A DNA stretch of 64,000 bases from Acidobacteriota bacterium (lineage in GTDB: Bacteria; Acidobacteriota; Thermoanaerobaculia; Gp7-AA8). The translations under genes and the position numbers were made by a program. Shown here in pieces: positions 58,008 to 64,000 of this stretch (position 1 is the stretch's first letter; every line of letters starts with the position of its first letter). Where the stretch lies: NCBI GenBank assembly GCA_019244185.1, contig JAFATB010000019.1, positions 160,001-224,000 on the forward strand. The letters run 5' to 3'. Below the pieces are notes generated by a model that was not told where the DNA came from, made no database searches, and saw only the letters and a program-made list of their open reading frames with translations.

Positions 58008-61000
58008 CTAGGCGCTTGCTATCACGGCGAACGGCAGTTGATACGTTTCCATAAGGTGATTCTCCGTTACGCTTAGCAGTTCCAGCTGGCTCTGGGATGC
58101 CCTGGAGGTGGAGAGGCCCGGCTGAACAACAAAGACCTTCACGCGCAGAGCGCGCTCGCGACTGATCTCGCGGATGCGGATCAACTCCTCGGACGTGCCA
58201 CGCTCGATTCGTGAACCGCCCTGCTCTTGGGCTGCCGCCTCGCGCCGGAGCAGATGCGTCAGCATGTCCGTCTGCCGCTCTGTTGAGGCCATCCACGAAA
58301 TGCACTTCTGCGCCTGGCCGCACACCTCGTACAAATCGCCGACGCGGGCTCCCGGCGCGTCACCCTTCGCATACTTGCAGTGGTACAGCTCCAGGATGAC
58401 CTCCGTCGGAATGTCGCCCTCGCCGACCAGCCGTATCGCCACAACATCCGCGAGTTCGCCCTTCCCATCATCGTCGAAGATGACCGCATACGCAGGATCT
58501 TTTAGCAATTCCTGAATTACGCGTGCCTGAACGGAATCCGCGTCCTTCGTGAACCCCTGTGACTCCTTCCGGATATTCGTCCCGGCCCAATCCCATGTTC
58601 GGATCTTCTGTGGGTCATACGGCGGCTGATGCACCTTTAGCTCAACGTGCTCGTTTCCTTCGAGCGAGGAGCCGTCAACGAACCAGATCAGCGGAGGCTC
58701 TTCGTAAAAGAACTCCGTGAGGTCGCAAGGTTCGGCCCGATCTCCGCGGCGGATAGTCACCGTCGTGTCTCCGACGATGCGAAACGCGTAGTTGGGCGCG
58801 TCGTCGTCCTCAAACAGCTCCAGCTCAACGACTACCGAAACCGTCTCGGACGGGATGCTTATTTGGAGAGCGCCATCGCTCGTTGGCTCAACTAAGTCGA
58901 TACTCAACCCGCTAAGAGGAACATCAACTCCATCAATCGTGATCGTCCATTGGGCTTCATTCGCTTTATAGATCTCCTCCGGCCAGTCAGCGTAAATCGG
59001 CATGACTGTCGGCCGCGTCGATACGTCTGAGCGTTCAATGTTCCCTTGAGAACCTCATCTGGATCGATTGTCGTATCCAGCAGTTTTTGGCCAACTTCGT
59101 CGCACCACGTAATGAATCTCGCAACATTCTCCCGTTGATGCGACCACACGCGGCCGCGACGCGACGCGCCGATCGTCGCGCGATGTCCGTTCTCAAACCC
59201 GCCGCCGGCGAGTACGCTCTTTCGGCCCTTTCGCTTGATGACATCGGTGAGTGCCGATGCCACATCTGCACCCATGCGGCCGGTATAGCGAACATTTCGG
59301 CCGAGCTGCTCCGACAGCCCGACATTCTGCAGCTTCAGACGTGTAATGCCGGAAAAGGTGCGAAATACGTCCTGCCCTTTGATGAGCGTCACATCTTCAC
59401 CGGCGACGGCGCGCGCCAAGGATCTGTATTCGCCGGCATTCGCCGAGCAGTTGATGAACAGGAGCTTCTGCGTCGCCGACCAATGCAAGACGTACAGCTC
59501 CCATTGCCAGTCGTAGATCGTTTCGACATCGCTCCACGAAAGCGCGAGTCGCTTCGCTGTCACGACTACCAAAACAGTCTTATCCGCGTTCAAGGCAGGG
59601 TACACTTGCTCGCAGTTTGCGATGCCGGGTATCCCTTCCCGAAAGTTTTCCGGTGCCCAGTTCTCACAAGCGGTCTTGAACACGACGGCGCTGCACGCTG
59701 GCCTTAGTGTCTTCAGGGGGATTTCTTCCGGAAAGTCCGTAAAGCCGGCGAGGAATGTCTGGAGATTGATCTGCTCGCCGATGAGCGTGTCGCTCAGTTC
59801 CGGCAACAGTACATTCCAATCCGGGTCACGGTTGTAGAGCTTTCGCAGCTCTGCGCGGACGTTCACATCGGCGACGTTCGCGATGAATGTAGCGTCGCCA
59901 AGATCCTGTCGTGCACGCGTGAACCGCCCTGCGAGTTGCAGCGTTACCGCGAGCGTCTTGCGGATGTCGTGGAATGCGGCGATTTTTAGCTCGGGAAGAT
60001 CGAAGCCTTCGCCGAGCATGTCAACACACACCACAATCTTCGATTTGCCCGAAAGGATCGCATCTCGCGCCGCTTCGCGCGCTTTAGTCGATTTGACACC
60101 TGTGTGGAGCTGCACAGGATTGAATTCTCGATACCGCTTGTAGATGTCAAACACCCGCTGCGCATCACGCAGGGTTTCAACGCGTGCCATGAGAATATGG
60201 CCCTTGGTGGCGTCTGCGCGTAGCTGTTCGATCGCTGCGTTCGCGATGGCCTGATCCACGCGTGAGGGATTGAACTCGTACACTGACCGAAATTGGATCG
60301 GTCGGAAGTACCCGTCTTCTTGAGCTTTCTTGAGCGAATATTTGTAGATGATCTTGCCATCGAGCGTTCGGCCGTCTTCACGGAAAGGCGTCGCTGTGAA
60401 CTGCAACACTCGTTTCGCCGAGAAACGCTCCATGAACGCACGCCACGTGGGTGACTCCGCGTGATGCGCCTCGTCGATGAACAAATATGGACAATGATGG
60501 GCCATCCGATCCTGAACGTCGTCGTCGCATTGGCTCGCGATTGCGCTCGTCATGACGATGACGTGGCATTGCTCAAAGAATGCGTCGACCTCGGCGACGC
60601 TCGTCGGTACGTGTGTGAGCATGCCGACAACAGGGCAGCGCGCCGATGCGGCGAGAACGGCGCTGCCTGGCATCTTCAGCACGCCAAGCGACAGAAACTT
60701 CTCGGCGAGCTGCGTTCGCAGCGCGTCGGTCGGCACCACCACAAGCAACCGCTCACAAGCTGCCGACGTCAGGACCGACAGCATGACTTCGGTCTTTCCC
60801 GTGCCCGTTGGCATCACGATCGTTCCCACGTCTGAGGACAACGACCAGTGCGAATGGACTGCGTGGACTGCACCGATCTGCGGGCGCCGGAGTCCGATGA
60901 TGCTCCGGCTCGCATCTTCTTCCACGTAGCGAAACGCGTGCGCCCATGATTCGCGCGTGTTGCCTATCTCTCTTCGCACGTCGGGATTCGTAATTCTCTT

Positions 61001-61282
61001 CGGGTGCTTGATCCATCTGCCGCGCCGTAGATCCGCGCCGACGGCAGCCGTCTTGGGAAGCAGAACGGCGTATGTATCGGCCGACTCAACAAACTTCGGA
61101 TCGGTCGCGACGATGACTTCTGTGCCGTCTCCGTCCGGTTTGAACAGGAAGCCCTTCCGCTTGTTCCGGGTGAGAGGGATAAGTGCTCCCTCCGCCGCAA
61201 CATCGCGATCAACTACCTGACGAATCGGGCTGCCGAGGACCCACTCGTCGTTAGCGAGGACGTCGGGGAAATCTACTCGCAT
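58008..61282 (-). pseudogene. SF2 (ResIII-like) helicase with C-terminal PD-(D/E)xK-like nuclease, split by one frameshift near 59024
   Basis: MPTGTGKT, DEAHH, TATP, GEGFD and QLAGRFTR motifs; C-terminal DDDG.GELAD...LYHCKY...YEVCGQAQK. Adding one G gives AQTVSTRPTVMPIYADWP. Confidence 0.85.
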
Positions 61283-61786
61283 GTTGTTAGACCGCGCTAA
61301 GCGCTACGTGAAGAATTTCAACAAATCCCACGCGTTGGCGCAATGTGCGACGCGCGGCGGTGAGCGGGGCGGCCTTCACTCGGAACTCAAGCACAGGACG
61401 TTAGACACGGTCCGGCCGGATTCGTGGCGTCCTCGAGGATGCAGGGCTCGGCTATCGGACTTGCGCCGACGGCGCAGGACTGGTAGCAATCTTCTGTTCC
61501 TTCACCGACCGCAGTTCCCGAATCTGCTTCCTCAACCAACCGTCTCATGTCGCGTGCTTCGTCGCTTCCTGAAGCGTCAATCCGCAGCTTGACGGTTCGG
61601 TGGTTGATGGTAAGGATGAGGTCACCAGTTCGATCCTGGTCGTGGGCTCGCAGCGCATCCAGACGCCGGAACTCCAGCGCGCTGCCCGAAGACTGCATCG
61701 AGCGGCCGACCACATTCCGAACGTCAGAATCGTGGTCACCTTCGGTCGAGGAAGGGAGCACTCCTACCTCCTTCCTCCATTCTTCT

Positions 61787-62821
61787 ATGGGTTCGCTCCT
61801 CTCCGGTGCGTGGCCGACACCACCGCCCGCTCCTCGTCTCGACGCGTTCCAACGCCTCGCGGTCGGTGCGCCCGCATCCGCTGAACTCCCGCCTCCGGCG
61901 ACGCTCGCCGAGCTTGATCAAGTCTTCCGGCGGTTCTTCGAGGCCGCCACCGCCGTGGCGGGCCTGAGCCGCTGCACCGCACACAACTTTCAGGTGGCGT
62001 ACCGCTCGTTCCGCGCCTACCTCGTGACGCAGGTGCCGGACGACGGGGCTCCGCTCGGCGCGACCCTGCACGACATCGACGGCTGGATCGCCGTGCTCCG
62101 GACGCGTCCGCGGCCTGCCGCGGCGAACAGCATCCACCGCTACTGGCGGAGTGTCCGGGGCTTCTTCGGTTACGTTGAGCACCTGACCGGGCTCCCGTCG
62201 CCGTTCGCGGGGCTTCGGCCGCCGCGCCTGCCGGACCGAATCCCGAAGGCCCGTACACCGGCCGAGTGCGCCCGCATCCTCGCCGCCGTCGCGAACTACC
62301 CTGGCTGGTCGGCGTTCGAACGCGGCCGGAACCGCGCGCTCATCGGCATGGCGCTCTACGCTGGACTTCGCCGCGGTGACCTCGTGCGGCTCCAGTACGC
62401 AAACGTCGACGTCCAGGAGCGCACGATTCGCGTCGAAGGCGGCAAAGGTCGCGGCGGTGGAAAGGATCGGGTCGTGATGATGGCGCCGGACCTCCTCGAC
62501 ATCGTGCTCGCTTACCTCCGCGAGCGGCATCGGCGCCGGCTGGTCCTGCCCGAGTTCTTCGCGAGTACCGCAGGTCAGCGACCGATCGCTGACGTGACCA
62601 TTAACCGGCTCGTCCGACGCCTCCGAATCGCCTCCGGTGTGCCGTTCACGCTCCATAGCCTGCGGCACTCCTTTGTGACGCAGCTCCTACGTGCAGGCGT
62701 CCCGCTGCACACGGTGAGCGCGCTCGCGGGTCACACGCAGATCACGACAACCGCCGGATACCTCCGAGTGTGGGACGAGGACAAGGTTGCCGCGGTTCAG
62801 CGGCTGTCCTTCGACGGCTGA
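61787..62821 (+). CDS. XerC/D-like tyrosine recombinase
   Basis: CB domain; YAGLRRGD, GKGRGGGKDR, HSLRHSF and AGH...TAGY motifs. Confidence 0.92.
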   Translation: MGSLLSGAWPTPPPAPRLDAFQRLAVGAPASAELPPPATLAELDQVFRRFFEAATAVAGLSRCTAHNFQVAYRSFRAYLVTQVPDDGAPLGATLHDIDGWIAVLRTRPRPAAANSIHRYWRSVRGFFGYVEHLTGLPSPFAGLRPPRLPDRIPKARTPAECARILAAVANYPGWSAFERGRNRALIGMALYAGLRRGDLVRLQYANVDVQERTIRVEGGKGRGGGKDRVVMMAPDLLDIVLAYLRERHRRRLVLPEFFASTAGQRPIADVTINRLVRRLRIASGVPFTLHSLRHSFVTQLLRAGVPLHTVSALAGHTQITTTAGYLRVWDEDKVAAVQRLSFDG

Positions 62822-62832
62822 TGGTGCGCGTG

Positions 62833-63855
62833 TCACCCGGCGTCGCGTTCGATGCCTCCGAGCGGCAGGTGAAGGCGCGCCGCGTACGTCGCGTGTTCGC
62901 CCTCGAAGACGTGCGAGTACCGCTGGAGCATCGCCAGGCTTCGGTGCCCGAGCAGATCCATGCTCACGCGATCCGGCACCCCTGCCTGCCGCAGGAAAGT
63001 GGCGTAGCTGTGCCGGAGCATGTGGGGCGTCACTAAAAACCCTGCCGACGCGCTGATGCGCCGGAACAGCCGTGTCACCGCGACGAGCGGCATTGGCTGG
63101 TCGCGCCAGGTGGAAACGAAGAGCGCCGGAGTCAGTACCCGACGCTGCCCGCGAAGGGTCAGGTACGCGCGCAAGAACGCCGTCAGCTGCGGGGTCACGT
63201 ACGCGGTGCGATCGCGTCCGCCATGCCGGCCCTTGCCGCGCCGGATGAGCAGGCGTCCGCGTTCGAGGTCGAGGTCGGCGAGTTCCAACCGGAGCGCCTC
63301 GCCGCGGCGAAGCCCCGCGCAAACGTACGTCGCGATCAGCGCCACGTTTCGAGCACGTTCGAACCGATCGGCTACGAGACTGCGGGCAGAGGCGAAGACG
63401 CGATCCACTTCGGACGGGGTGAGGCAGCGCGGCTGCGGAAGCGGTGCGCGGGGACGATCGAGCAACTCGAACGGGTTCAGCGTACCGTCCAATCGTTCAA
63501 ACCGCCGGAAGATCGAGACCATCGCTTCGAAGTACGCGGCGACCGACGTGCGCTCGCAGTGCTCCATGCGGAGCGTTGCGATCCAACCTTCGATCACTTG
63601 TGTCTGCGCTGGCATATCGCCGCGCGCAAACGCGTCTGTCCGCGTCCCCCGCAGGTAGCGGGCAAATCTTCGAGCTGCGACCCGCCATCGCCGCGTCGTC
63701 GCTGGTGAGAGCCCTTCGATTCGCTCGGCCGCCAGGCAGGTTTCTTCGACACGCGTGAGGAAGGTCTCGACCGAAGCGACCGCAAACGGGCGCGATCGCG
63801 CCTGGCGGTGCCGACGATTCGGAAACCGCTCGTGAGGATAGGGAGGGGAGTGCAT
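62833..63855 (-). CDS. XerC/D-like tyrosine recombinase
   Basis: EGLSPAT; CAGLRRGE, GKGRHGGRDR, HMLRHSY and LGH...LQRY motifs. Confidence 0.92.
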   Translation of the reverse strand: MHSPPYPHERFPNRRHRQARSRPFAVASVETFLTRVEETCLAAERIEGLSPATTRRWRVAARRFARYLRGTRTDAFARGDMPAQTQVIEGWIATLRMEHCERTSVAAYFEAMVSIFRRFERLDGTLNPFELLDRPRAPLPQPRCLTPSEVDRVFASARSLVADRFERARNVALIATYVCAGLRRGEALRLELADLDLERGRLLIRRGKGRHGGRDRTAYVTPQLTAFLRAYLTLRGQRRVLTPALFVSTWRDQPMPLVAVTRLFRRISASAGFLVTPHMLRHSYATFLRQAGVPDRVSMDLLGHRSLAMLQRYSHVFEGEHATYAARLHLPLGGIERDAG

Positions 63856-64000
63856 GTTCTCGGATTCATGGTCAGGGACGGCGGACCTGCACCCGCCGCG
63901 CTTTGAACCGGCGACCCTTCAGGAGCCAGTAGCACGCGCCTACCGGCAGGTTCGCAAGCTCGCGTGTGCGCGCCGAGATCTCCTCCGCAGGCGTGAGGAG

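Larger units (their letters stand above)
24820..64000. mobile_element. Integrative/mobilisable genomic island at tRNA-Pro; right end not in window
   Basis: Xis and integrase directly after the tRNA; coupling ATPase, relaxase-like gene, ssb, five tyrosine recombinases; cargo with visibly different codon usage; no duplicated tRNA 3' end found. Confidence 0.88.

Noticed and set aside
61387-61761. 124-aa minus-strand ORF upstream of the helicase
   Set aside because: No recognisable motif or convincing start; cannot distinguish from chance.
1-64000. CRISPR array or cas genes
   Set aside because: No regularly spaced direct repeats with unique spacers and no Cas motifs seen.

Overview
High-GC bacterial chromosome window. 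Gene content and RRRAVR-type secreted proteins suggest an Acidobacteriota-like host (inference only). Bases 1-24.7 kb are intact core genes: HNH nuclease, dacA-type carboxypeptidase, purN/purM, M28 peptidase, fabH, hslO, speA, maeB, lolA-tgt-yajC-secD-secF, an M23 peptidase and a GHMP-kinase fusion. After tRNA-Pro(GGG) at 24743-24819, the rest of the window is an integrated element with no attR in view. It carries Xis plus integrase, four more tyrosine recombinases, a coupling-ATPase plus replication-relaxation module, two SSB-fold genes, and candidate defence genes (DprA+PRTase, a dynamin pair, a split SF2 helicase-nuclease). It also carries an orphan lycopene-cyclase pair and a seven-gene SBP/AAA+/methyltransferase/ABC/sulfotransferase/arginase operon. 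The most unusual signals are non-coding: (1) three consecutive gene units at 40.4-42.4 kb, each enclosed by its own co-varying 17-21 nt inverted arms, with a TTCGACC box about 49 nt upstream and a hairpin plus boxA-like element; (2) the exact motif GGTAGGGAA-N11-GGTCACTCC three times, each upstream of a cargo unit; (3) a 12-6-12 dif/lox-like palindrome next to a FimB-like recombinase, with an inverted half-site at that gene's 5' end. All functional calls come from motif reading by eye; no searches were run.
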